A stretch of 64,000 nt of DNA from an uncultured delta proteobacterium (lineage in GTDB: Bacteria > Desulfobacterota > Syntrophorhabdia > Syntrophorhabdales > WCHB1-27), in the NCBI GenBank assembly GCA_963717985.1, contig CAVQYC010000005.1, positions 148,508-212,507 on the forward strand, in the 5' to 3' direction. This document shows positions 38,046-47,451 of this stretch, one piece after another. The position numbers were made by a program, and so were the translations under genes. How positions within the stretch are numbered: the first letter of the stretch is position 1; every line of letters starts with the position of its first letter. The notes under the pieces were generated by a model. That model had not been told where the DNA came from, ran no database searches, and saw only the letters and a program-made list of their open reading frames with translations.

Positions 38046-38079
38046 AAAAGAGGGCCGGCATCTGCCGGCCCTCTTTTTT
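38046..38079 (+). terminator. Rho-independent terminator after omcS copy 2
   Basis: AAAAGAGGGCCGGCA-TC-TGCCGGCCCTCTTTTTT. Confidence 0.85.
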
Positions 38080-38163
38080 CTTGCAATTCCTTTTTTGCGG
38101 AGTTATCTAATGAACATATTTGGCCGGCTCGTCGCAAGATTCGCTTCGGAAAAGGGGGGTAGC

Positions 38164-39627
38164 ATGGACGTAAGAAGGGGATGTTCACGGAGGATGACTG
38201 TTCACGACCCATCGACGGGTTGGTCTCTTTGCCTTCGGGTGTTGGTTGTTCTTGCCCTTCTGTCCCTTATTACCGGCTGCCAGTCGATGCTCCCCCAGAT
38301 AAGGCCGCCTCTCCAGGATGAGGGGGAGGTCCTTCTCTACGTCGAGCCCTTCGTCCAGGAGGCCGACAGACTCAGGTTCGGCATCGAGGGGATTTTCGCC
38401 AGGGGTGTCGATGGAGGCGAGTATCCCTTCAGCCTTAAGCTTACGGAGCTCCGGGGCAGAGAGATGACGAGGCAGCGCTTTCTCGGGGAGGCCGAGCTGC
38501 CCCCCGGCCTCTATGAAGGTTTCAGGCTCAAGGTGAAAGACGCCTTCCTGCGGGGCGAGGGGGGCGAGGCGGCGCTTCTGGTGCCCCAGGCCCCTGTGAC
38601 GATCTCCTTTCCCTTCCGTGTGGAGAAAAGGAGGGCTTTCGTCGTAAGTTTTGCCTTTCGAACCGGGGGAGCCATAAGGAGCGGCTTCAGCTTCAGGCCT
38701 GATTTCTTTGTGAGCACTGCGCCTCGACCCGTCAGCGGTCTCACAGGGTACGTGACGAATAGGGCCTCGAATACGATCACGATTTTCAATAAGAAGGCAG
38801 GCGAGGTCGCAGGGGTAATCGCCACAGAGGGGGGACCGGCGGGGATTGCCCTCGATCAGAACGGTCTCAAGGCCTACGTGGCCGTTCCCGCGGTCGATGC
38901 AGTAGAGGTTGTCGATGTGATTGCAAGCGAGATCACCGACAGGATCAGGTTCACCTTGGGCGACCGCCCCGAGGCACTTGCCCTCACGCCCGATGGAAAA
39001 ACCCTCCTGTCCACGAACACAGGCTCGAACACCGTGAGCATCATCGATACCGCCTCTCTGGCGGAGCGGGGGAGGGTCACAGTCGGAAACGGACCTGAGT
39101 GGGTGGTCGTCGACTCCTTGGGCAGGAGAGCTTACGTGCTGAACCGTATGTCGAGCTCCGTCTCGGTTATTGACATCGCCAACAGGGCACTCGTGACTAC
39201 CATCGGCACGGACTCGGGTCCCCTTCGATGCCAGATCAACAGTCAGGGGGATACCCTTTACGTGATCCATGAGTGGTCGCCCTTCATGAGCCTCATAGAC
39301 ACGGGGAAACTCTCCGTTAAACGGATGCCCGTGACCATGGGCTTGCGCTCGATAAAGATCGATACGGCTACGGGTCTCATCTACATGGGGAGGGTGGGCG
39401 ACCGCTCCGTAGGGGTCTATGATCCCAACGCCTTAGTGCCCGTCGACTACATCGGTGCCGGGGGAGACGTCACCGACATGGCCATAGACGGCGACATGAA
39501 TAACCTGCTTATGGTCGGTCGGGATTCGATGAGACTGGATATCGTGAATCTCATCAGCCGGAAAACCCTTTCAGTTATCGACGTCGGCGAGGCCCCTCAC
39601 CAGGTCGCGGTAATGGGGGGAAGGTAG
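38164..39627 (+). CDS. YVTN/YncE beta-propeller lipoprotein (omcS-companion type)
   Basis: LITGC lipobox; YVTNRASNTITI and NTGSNTVSIID repeats; start uncertain. Confidence 0.85.
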   Translation: MDVRRGCSRRMTVHDPSTGWSLCLRVLVVLALLSLITGCQSMLPQIRPPLQDEGEVLLYVEPFVQEADRLRFGIEGIFARGVDGGEYPFSLKLTELRGREMTRQRFLGEAELPPGLYEGFRLKVKDAFLRGEGGEAALLVPQAPVTISFPFRVEKRRAFVVSFAFRTGGAIRSGFSFRPDFFVSTAPRPVSGLTGYVTNRASNTITIFNKKAGEVAGVIATEGGPAGIALDQNGLKAYVAVPAVDAVEVVDVIASEITDRIRFTLGDRPEALALTPDGKTLLSTNTGSNTVSIIDTASLAERGRVTVGNGPEWVVVDSLGRRAYVLNRMSSSVSVIDIANRALVTTIGTDSGPLRCQINSQGDTLYVIHEWSPFMSLIDTGKLSVKRMPVTMGLRSIKIDTATGLIYMGRVGDRSVGVYDPNALVPVDYIGAGGDVTDMAIDGDMNNLLMVGRDSMRLDIVNLISRKTLSVIDVGEAPHQVAVMGGR

Positions 39628-39657
39628 GACAAGGCCTGATCGGCGGCCGAGAATAGC

Positions 39658-41844
39658 GTGAACGGCAGGACGTTTTCCATACTATTGGCGGTCGCTCTGG
39701 TTTTGCCGTTACTGCCCCCTGGGGGCGCAATGGCCGACTCCATAAGCGGCCTCATAGACGAGCAGTACAACAACCTTTCGACCAAAACGACGGAGAGCGG
39801 TCAGACGGTGAAATCCGATTCCGTGAGTTACCAGGAGCGCTACACCTTCCTCATCGACAAGACTATTTTTCCCAAGCTGACCTTCGATGCGACCGGTGTC
39901 TTTCAAAAGGAAGTCACAAATCAGAAACAGACCGGCCAGCAGGAGGTCACCTCGACAAGCACGAACATCCTGCCCAGCGCAACCCTCACCCTGAAAGACC
40001 CGATCTATACCGCGGCTATCGGCTATTTTCTGAACGAGCAGCAGCAGGCGGCGTCCCGGACGCCGACGGTTACGCTGGTGAATAAGGACTACCAGGCCTT
40101 GTTCAACTGGACGCCGGCGGGTCTGCCCCTCTTCAATTTCAGATACGATCATATCGACACGTACGACCTGCGCCATTTGACCAACGACACGGCGAGCGAC
40201 AACCTTTTGCTCATCTCACACTATGCTTACAACGGACTCGATCTTCGCTACTATGGCACCTATATGGACACGCAGGACAAGTTACACGACGCCGACACAG
40301 TCAACGTGACCCAGAACGGGACGGGGACTTATAACAGTACGTTTTTCGGCGGGCGGCTGCTCTTTGGCACGAGCTTCAATGTGATAAAAAACGAGGTTAC
40401 CACGTCTGCGACCGGTGCAGGCGGGACGGCGAGCGTCCAGGTTTTTCCTTATAGCGGTCTCTTCTCTCTCACAAACACGCCCACACTCGGCGCCCTCAGC
40501 CCCAACAATGCCCTCATCGACGCCAATCTGACCGTGTCTGCCGGCATCAACATAGGTCTTCCTCCTCCCGGGCCACCCCAGTTGCCGCGGGACATAGGCC
40601 TCGATTTTCTGAACCCGGCGGAAGTGAACGACCTTCAGGTGTGGGTCGACCGGACTCTCCCCGCCACTATAGCCGCCTCTTTCTCCTGGGACATTTACAC
40701 GAGTAGCGATAACCTCACGTGGACCCTGGTCCAGACCGTCTTCCCGGCGACCTTCGGGGCTTTTCAGAACAGGTTCGACATCCCGATCGCCCAGGTAAAG
40801 ACGAGGTACATCAAGGTCGTGGTGAACCCTCCCCCGGCGGCCACGGTGACCGGTGGAAGCAGCTTCCCGGACATCTTCGTGACCGAGCTTCAGGCCTTTG
40901 TGACGCAGACCGTCCAGCAGTCCACGAAGCAAAGGTTTGAATCCACGTCCGAGGTCACCAACACGACGGTCAGGTACCGGATCTTCAATAACTCACTTCT
41001 TGACTACGAATCCTCATATTTTCTCAGCAGGAACAGTAGTTCGAACCTTGAAACCTCGACTTTTTCCAACGGGCTTTCATCAAACTACCGCCTCAGCAGC
41101 ATCTTTGCCACAAGCGCCCGGTTCGCGTGGGAGACCGGCGAGCAGGCGAACGAGCGGGAGAATGCTTATATTTACACTGCTTCCCTCATAGCAACCCCCC
41201 TTCCGGCGCTCACTGACAGCATCGTTGTGAGCGGGAGGGATGAGACCCTGGCCGGGAAACCTCAGGACACTCAATCGTTCTTTCTCAATAACGCGGCCCG
41301 GTTGTATAAAGGGCTTGACGTGAATTTGAACGTAGGTCGTATTGACGCAACAGAGCCGGATGGGTCGAAGCTCGATTCTAATACCTTCATCGTGGGCGCC
41401 AATATCGTCCCCAACAGAACCATGACGTGGACCTTTTTCTTTACGGACACGAGCACGGACCGCTCGGGGGCGGGACTCCCTTCCACCTCGACCCTGACCC
41501 GGCAGGTGACCGCCACGTGTGCCTACACGCCCGTCAGGACGATGTACCTCTTCGCGTCAGTCCAGAGACTAAGTGAGACCGGGGTGGGGGTCCGGACGAT
41601 GCAGAACTACGGGTTTAACTGGTCGCCCTTTCCCGATGGCGCCCTTCAGTTCAGGTTCTCCTACAATGAGAGCGTCACACCGGAGGTCGGGCAGTCAACG
41701 ACGATCTTCTCCCCCGGTGTGAGATATAAAATAAACGGGAGATCCTTCCTGGACCTGTCGTATCAGTCGATTCAAAGTAAATCCCCGGGTCTGATCACGG
41801 AGTCGAAGGGCATTAACGCTGAGTTGAGGATATCACTCTTTTAA
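39658..41844 (+). CDS. Putative outer-membrane beta-barrel protein (omcS-companion type)
   Basis: Signal peptide, alternating Thr/Ser/aromatic strands and C-terminal Phe (LRISLF). Confidence 0.75.
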   Translation: MNGRTFSILLAVALVLPLLPPGGAMADSISGLIDEQYNNLSTKTTESGQTVKSDSVSYQERYTFLIDKTIFPKLTFDATGVFQKEVTNQKQTGQQEVTSTSTNILPSATLTLKDPIYTAAIGYFLNEQQQAASRTPTVTLVNKDYQALFNWTPAGLPLFNFRYDHIDTYDLRHLTNDTASDNLLLISHYAYNGLDLRYYGTYMDTQDKLHDADTVNVTQNGTGTYNSTFFGGRLLFGTSFNVIKNEVTTSATGAGGTASVQVFPYSGLFSLTNTPTLGALSPNNALIDANLTVSAGINIGLPPPGPPQLPRDIGLDFLNPAEVNDLQVWVDRTLPATIAASFSWDIYTSSDNLTWTLVQTVFPATFGAFQNRFDIPIAQVKTRYIKVVVNPPPAATVTGGSSFPDIFVTELQAFVTQTVQQSTKQRFESTSEVTNTTVRYRIFNNSLLDYESSYFLSRNSSSNLETSTFSNGLSSNYRLSSIFATSARFAWETGEQANERENAYIYTASLIATPLPALTDSIVVSGRDETLAGKPQDTQSFFLNNAARLYKGLDVNLNVGRIDATEPDGSKLDSNTFIVGANIVPNRTMTWTFFFTDTSTDRSGAGLPSTSTLTRQVTATCAYTPVRTMYLFASVQRLSETGVGVRTMQNYGFNWSPFPDGALQFRFSYNESVTPEVGQSTTIFSPGVRYKINGRSFLDLSYQSIQSKSPGLITESKGINAELRISLF

Positions 41845-41903
41845 TGATTGACAACGACGGCAAGGCTATAATAAAGTGCTCAGTGGCTTCTATAGTACAT
41901 AAC

Positions 41904-42473
41904 ATGAGAATGGTCCATATCGTTCTGCCCCTCCTTTTGGTGCTCCTCTCTCTGACGGCTTGCGGAACTCATGGGGAAACTTTTCGCGACGACAAGATGG
42001 ATTTCGGCGCGATCCAAACTGTCGCCGTGATGCCTTTCGTCAATTTGACGCGGGAGAGCACGGCTGCCGATAGGGTGAGGGATGTCTTCATCAATAGGCT
42101 GCTGGCAACGGGCGCCCTCTATGTGCTTCCGGTGGGGGAGGTTGCGAGGGGGGTTACAAGGGGGGAGGTTACAATGCCCGGTGTCCCTTCGCCTGAAGAC
42201 ATCGTAAAGCTGGGCGGTATCCTCAAGGCCCAGGCGGTCATCACGGGGACGGTCAGGGAATATGGCGAGATAAGGTCGGGTAGCGCCATGGCAAACGTGA
42301 TATCGTTGAGCGCCCAGATGGTGGAAACGGAGAGCGGAAGAGTCGTCTGGTCCGCCGCTTCCACTAAGGGCGGCATCACTACGACGGACCGCCTCTTCGG
42401 TGGAGGGGGGCAGCCCATGAACAAAATTACCGAGAAAGCAGTAGATGATCTCATCATTAAGCTTTTTAAGTAG
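41904..42473 (+). CDS. Lipoprotein, CsgG/TolB-N/DUF799-like fold
   Basis: LTAC lipobox; VAVMPFVN..AVITGTVREY..ESGRVVWS. Confidence 0.75.
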   Translation: MRMVHIVLPLLLVLLSLTACGTHGETFRDDKMDFGAIQTVAVMPFVNLTRESTAADRVRDVFINRLLATGALYVLPVGEVARGVTRGEVTMPGVPSPEDIVKLGGILKAQAVITGTVREYGEIRSGSAMANVISLSAQMVETESGRVVWSAASTKGGITTTDRLFGGGGQPMNKITEKAVDDLIIKLFK

Positions 42474-43665
42474 TTTTTTGCGGCGGCCGTTGAGATTGTC
42501 TGCTGTGCTGCTCTCATGTGCTGCTCTCATGTGCTGCCTCGCGTCTTGCGGAACCCTACACCAGGCCGTGAAGAAAGAAACCGCATCTCCCTCGACACCC
42601 GGGGGGAAGCAAACGGCCGTCCCTGGCGGGGAAAAACAAGAACCCGCCTCAAGGGGAGCGCCTGTCGCGTCCGTAGCAGTCTTTCCCCTCGAGAACCTGA
42701 GCGGGTCGGCGGTCCCTTTAAAGTCTCTCAGGACATCTCTCTCGGAAGAATTGAGGCAGCGGGGCCTCCGTCTCCTTGACGAAGATACCCTCGAAAAGTT
42801 CATGGCCCGGCATCGGGTCCGCTACACGGCAGGAATAGATGAAGAGACCGCGTATGCGCTGAAGGAGGAGACCGGCGTGGAAAGCGCTCTCCTCACCTCC
42901 ATCGAGCTTTACAGCGAGGGAGTTGTCCCTAAGATAGCGCTCACCTCCCGGTTGGTCTCGACCGGCGATGTGCCGGCCATCCTGTGGATAGATGGGGTAG
43001 GAATGGCGGGTGACGACCACCCGGGCATCCTCAACCTCGGTCTCATCAACGACTTTCGTGTGCTTGTCCGTAAAGCCCTGGGGATGGTCGGGGAATCCCT
43101 GGCCGCGCGGCTGGCCGGGAAAGAGGGGAGAAGAGGGACCGCGAAAGCGGAAAGAAAGTTCCGGCCGAGGATTGCCTATCGATCTGACCTGGAAGGGGAA
43201 CAGAAGTACACGGTGGCGGTTGTCCCCTTTTTCAACAAGAGCGACAGAAAAAATGCGGGAGATGTGCTGGTCCTCCAGTTTGTCAGGGCTTTACACGGCC
43301 TCGGGAATTTTGAGGTTATCGAGCCGGGGCTGGTCAGAAAGGCATTCCTGAACATGCGGCTTATCATGGACGAAGGTGTCTCGCTCGAAGATGCGCAAGC
43401 CCTTTTCGCGGTGTTAGGGGTCGATCTCGTCCTGGCGGGGGAGGTGCTCGATTACCAGGACTATGAAGGTCCTGTCGGATCGGCGAAGGTCAATTTTACG
43501 GTCCAGCTCATCGAGAGAAAAAACCGGATGGTTGTCTGGAGTTCTGAAAGCTATAATCAGGGGGACGACGGCGTTTTCTTTTTCGATTGGGGTAAGGTCA
43601 ACACGGCCCATGCGATGGCGATTCAAATGGCCGATTCTATCGGAGGCATGCTGGTGAAGCGATGA
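42445..43665 (+). CDS. Lipoprotein with two CsgG/TolB-N-like domains
   Basis: LASC lipobox; VAVFPLENLS and VAVVPFFNKS repeats; start uncertain. Confidence 0.75.
   Translation: MISSLSFLSSFLRRPLRLSAVLLSCAALMCCLASCGTLHQAVKKETASPSTPGGKQTAVPGGEKQEPASRGAPVASVAVFPLENLSGSAVPLKSLRTSLSEELRQRGLRLLDEDTLEKFMARHRVRYTAGIDEETAYALKEETGVESALLTSIELYSEGVVPKIALTSRLVSTGDVPAILWIDGVGMAGDDHPGILNLGLINDFRVLVRKALGMVGESLAARLAGKEGRRGTAKAERKFRPRIAYRSDLEGEQKYTVAVVPFFNKSDRKNAGDVLVLQFVRALHGLGNFEVIEPGLVRKAFLNMRLIMDEGVSLEDAQALFAVLGVDLVLAGEVLDYQDYEGPVGSAKVNFTVQLIERKNRMVVWSSESYNQGDDGVFFFDWGKVNTAHAMAIQMADSIGGMLVKR
42504..42537 (+). repeat. 13-bp tandem repeat (about 2.6 copies) in a signal-peptide coding region
   Basis: TGTGCTGCTCTCA TGTGCTGCTCTCA TGTGCTGC. 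Confidence 0.8.
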
Positions 43666-45344
43666 AGAGCACGGCGAAGCGTTTTTCTTTGGGAGCGATA
43701 GCGATCATGGCGGTTTTTCTCTGCGGCGCGAGGGGGGTCTCTGCGATTGAGACGGCATTGCCGCTTATTCACGGGACGCGGACGGTTGCCCTTGTCAACG
43801 GTGAGCCGGTTGCCCTTGCCGACCTGGAGAGCGCCCTCGCTCTTCGCCGTGAGGCGACAGGGGGGGCAAAGGCCGGCAGGAGAGACGTCTTTGAAGTGCT
43901 CAAACGCCTGATCGATAGCAGGCTCGCGGTGCAGGAGGGGAGAAAAATAGGTCTTGACCAGTTGCCGGAAACAAGGCGGATGGTCGATGCCTTTGCGGGC
44001 ACGGCCCTGCGCGAGGAGTTGATGGAGAAACAGGTGGGAAACCTGGCCGTCCCTGAGAAGGAGGCGGAGAAGCTCTATAAAGAGGCGACCAGGGAGTGGA
44101 AGCTCATCTCCGTCATGTTCGCGAGTGAAGACGACGCCAAAAAGATGTTGGAGCGGCTGAAGGCAGGTGAAAAGTTCGCAGACCTTGCAAAAAAGGTCGT
44201 GGCGGAAGGGACCGCGAAGGGAGGAGACCAGGGGCAATACCTGAAAATCAAGGAGGTCATTCCCGCGATCGCGGCCGTTGTGTCGAAGATGGCGCCCGGT
44301 TCTGTAAGCCCGGTCATACCGATCAAGGCTGCGGAAAATGCAAAAACGGCGGGATATGCGGTCGTGAAACTGGAGGACGTTCGCCAGGTCGACAGTCCCG
44401 GGGAAAGAGAGCGGGCCCGGCAGGAGGCGCTGAAAAATGCAAAGGTGGAGGCCCTGCAGCACTACAGTCAGACCCTTATCAAGCGTTATACGGTGGTCCA
44501 CAGGGCCGTCCTCGACTACCTCGATTTCGAGGCGAAAGATCCCGGTTTTGAGAAGCTGATGAAGGATGGGCGGGTCCTTGCGGAGATAAAGGGAGAAAAA
44601 CCCATCACCGTAGCGGACCTGGCAGAACAACTCCGCCACCAGCTTTACCACGGAGCGGAGCAGGCGGCCGAAGCCAAGAAACTCAACGAGAAAATAGCTC
44701 CTGCCCTCCATGAGATGCTCTACAGGAGGGTCTTCAGGAAAGAGGCGCTCAGGCTGGGGTTGGACAAGACAGCCGCTTACACGCGTAAGGTCGGGGAATA
44801 TGAGAATACCCTCGTCTTCGGGAGTTTTGTGCAGAAAGCGGTGGTGCCCGATGTGAAGCTCACCGAAAAAGACGTGCAGAAGTATTACAAGGAGCATATC
44901 AGGGATTACACTTTCCCGGAGATGATGAAAATTTCAGGCATTGCTTTTAAGAAAAGGGCCGATGCCGAAGGGGCCGTCGAAAAACTCCGCAACGGGACGG
45001 ACTTCCGGTGGTTCGTCGAAAATGCGGAAGGCCAGGCAGCGAAGAACAGCAAGGGCCTCTTAACGTTTGACCGGAATCCGGTGACGACGCAGGACCTGCC
45101 TGAGGGCATGCGGAAGGTTGTTTCCGGGAGTAAGCCGGGTGACTTGAGGGTGTACGCCTCACCGGAGGGCTACTTTTACGCCCTGTCCATCGAGGAAGTA
45201 ATACCGCCAAAACCGAAGCCCTACGAAGAGGCGAGGGAAGAGATCGCGGAGAAAATATTTAACGAGAGGCTGAAACAGGCCATGGATGCATATATCGCCA
45301 AGCTAAGGGCGGCGGCGGACATTAAAATATTCCTGAAGCCATGA
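43662..45344 (+). CDS. SurA/PrsA-like parvulin PPIase chaperone with duplicated domains
   Basis: VALVNGEPV, LKAGEKFADLAKK..GGD and PKPYEEAREEI; signal peptide. Confidence 0.85.
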   Translation: MKSTAKRFSLGAIAIMAVFLCGARGVSAIETALPLIHGTRTVALVNGEPVALADLESALALRREATGGAKAGRRDVFEVLKRLIDSRLAVQEGRKIGLDQLPETRRMVDAFAGTALREELMEKQVGNLAVPEKEAEKLYKEATREWKLISVMFASEDDAKKMLERLKAGEKFADLAKKVVAEGTAKGGDQGQYLKIKEVIPAIAAVVSKMAPGSVSPVIPIKAAENAKTAGYAVVKLEDVRQVDSPGERERARQEALKNAKVEALQHYSQTLIKRYTVVHRAVLDYLDFEAKDPGFEKLMKDGRVLAEIKGEKPITVADLAEQLRHQLYHGAEQAAEAKKLNEKIAPALHEMLYRRVFRKEALRLGLDKTAAYTRKVGEYENTLVFGSFVQKAVVPDVKLTEKDVQKYYKEHIRDYTFPEMMKISGIAFKKRADAEGAVEKLRNGTDFRWFVENAEGQAAKNSKGLLTFDRNPVTTQDLPEGMRKVVSGSKPGDLRVYASPEGYFYALSIEEVIPPKPKPYEEAREEIAEKIFNERLKQAMDAYIAKLRAAADIKIFLKP

Positions 45345-47431
45345 AAAACTACGGAATAGAGAAGGAAACGATGGAAGAGCGCTTCGCTGCGACGACGGAC
45401 GGCGATGGAAGGAAAAGGAATGACCGGAGCAGGCGGGGATGCGGGCGGGCGCGGGCCTTGCTCTCCTTTGCGGCCTGCCTTTCGATACTCTTCCTCCTCG
45501 CGGGAACAGGCATGGCAGAGAGCAAGCTTGGCTTTTCCAAGCCGGGCGGCTCGTCGGGACCTAAATTCGCCAAAAAGGATTGCCTTGACTGCCACAAGAA
45601 GTTCGCCGACAAGTATCTGGGAATGAAGAATGTCCACGCCGTGGTAAAGGAAAAGAACTGTGAGGCCTGTCACCTCCGCCACGGTATCGTCCCGAAGCTG
45701 CTGTTGAAGAAAAACGGGAACGAGATCTGTTTCGGCTGTCACACCAAAGAGAAGATCGGTTTGAATAAATCAAACGTCCACACGGTCCTCAGGAGAGGGA
45801 AGTGCACGATCTGCCACGACCCGCACGCTTCGCAGGGAAATCACCTGCTGAAGAGAGAGGGGAGCGAAGCCTGCTATGGTTGTCATAAGAAGGAAGACTA
45901 CGAAAAGAAAGTCGTCCATAACACCGGATCAGCCAAAGGCTGCAATGCCTGTCACGTTGCCCACAGCTCGGATCAAAAGAACCTTCTGGCGAAAGGGGAG
46001 CCCGCGCTCTGCCTCGATTGCCACGACAAAGGAAAGGCCGGATTCCAGAAAGCTCACGGAAACTATCCGGTGGAGAACGCATCGTGCGTCGGATGCCACA
46101 ATCCGCACACATCCGTGCAGCCCAAACTCCTGAAGACAAGCGTTCACGACCCAATCTCCGGCGGCCAGTGCGAGAGCTGCCACCAGGGGGCAAAATCGGA
46201 GAAACCTTTCCAGACGACCGAGAAAGGGGCCAAACTCTGCGCCAACTGCCATGATTCCGCGGGCTTGAAAAAGGGCGGAACAATGGAGCACCAGCCCTTC
46301 AAGGATGGCGAGTGTCTCTCCTGCCATAATCCTCATACCTCGGAGAACCCGAAACTTCTTGCGGGCAAGGGGAACAACCTCTGTTTCGAGTGCCATCCCG
46401 CGATGAAGGAGACGGTCGTGGTCAGCCACGCGCCCGTAAACGGCGATAAAGGATGCCTTTCCTGCCATCAGGCCCACGCCGGGAAGAACAAATTCCTTCT
46501 TAACCTTAAGGATGAGGCCCTATGCTTCTCATGCCACGCGAAGACGAAGGAGGAGCAAAAGGCAAAGAACGGGCACCCTCCCTTTGTCGGCGGGGAATGC
46601 AATGCCTGTCACAACCCTCACGGGTCCAACGCGGCAGGCATTTTGAAGGACAGGGCGGACAAAATCTGCTACTCCTGTCATGCCGACGTGGAGGCCGCCT
46701 TTGTAAGGACTTACACCCATAGGCCCGTCGCGGAAGGCACCTGCACTGCGTGCCATCGTTCCCACGGCGGGGTTGAAAAGAAGCTGCTCAGGGCCGCAGG
46801 CTCCGATCTCTGCGCCCAATGCCACAAGGATTTCATGAAAGAAGCGGAGGGAGGCTCCAACCACGCTCCCTTCGTTGCCGGCGAGTGTCAGACGTGTCAC
46901 GATCCCCATGGGAGCAATATCGCCGGGATGATTACCCGCAAACAGGACGCACTCTGTTTTTCGTGTCACAATGATATGGGAAAGGCAATGGCGGGGGCCA
47001 GGAGTACACACAAGCCGCTCACCACCGGTGAGTGCACGAAATGCCACAGTCCCCACAAGGCGAAGCTGAACAAGCTGCTTCTGGCAGGGAGCCCCGATAT
47101 GTGCTTCACCTGCCATAAGAATCTTAAGAGGCGGATGAGCGAAGGAAATGCCCACTCCCCGGCTGTCGGAGATTGCCTGCGGTGTCATGTACCTCACTTC
47201 GCGAAAGAGACGACCTTGCTGGCCCAACCGATTCAGGCGCTTTGCGCCGAATGCCACGACGCAAAATCACCGTCCTTCGGTACGGCGCATCTGGGCATCG
47301 AGGCAGCCGTGATGGACTGTAAGAAATGTCATGAGCCACACGCATCGAAGGACCCCAAGTTCTTCAAAGTCATAACTCACGCGCCCTTTGCATCGAGGTC
47401 CTGCGACGAGTGCCACGTGGTGGGAAAATGA
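45341..47431 (+). CDS. 26-heme periplasmic cytochrome c
   Basis: 26 CxxCH counted, arranged as paired CxxCHxPH...CxxCH repeats. Confidence 0.9.
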   Translation: MKNYGIEKETMEERFAATTDGDGRKRNDRSRRGCGRARALLSFAACLSILFLLAGTGMAESKLGFSKPGGSSGPKFAKKDCLDCHKKFADKYLGMKNVHAVVKEKNCEACHLRHGIVPKLLLKKNGNEICFGCHTKEKIGLNKSNVHTVLRRGKCTICHDPHASQGNHLLKREGSEACYGCHKKEDYEKKVVHNTGSAKGCNACHVAHSSDQKNLLAKGEPALCLDCHDKGKAGFQKAHGNYPVENASCVGCHNPHTSVQPKLLKTSVHDPISGGQCESCHQGAKSEKPFQTTEKGAKLCANCHDSAGLKKGGTMEHQPFKDGECLSCHNPHTSENPKLLAGKGNNLCFECHPAMKETVVVSHAPVNGDKGCLSCHQAHAGKNKFLLNLKDEALCFSCHAKTKEEQKAKNGHPPFVGGECNACHNPHGSNAAGILKDRADKICYSCHADVEAAFVRTYTHRPVAEGTCTACHRSHGGVEKKLLRAAGSDLCAQCHKDFMKEAEGGSNHAPFVAGECQTCHDPHGSNIAGMITRKQDALCFSCHNDMGKAMAGARSTHKPLTTGECTKCHSPHKAKLNKLLLAGSPDMCFTCHKNLKRRMSEGNAHSPAVGDCLRCHVPHFAKETTLLAQPIQALCAECHDAKSPSFGTAHLGIEAAVMDCKKCHEPHASKDPKFFKVITHAPFASRSCDECHVVGK

Positions 47432-47451
47432 AAGGGAGAAAAGGGGAGTAC

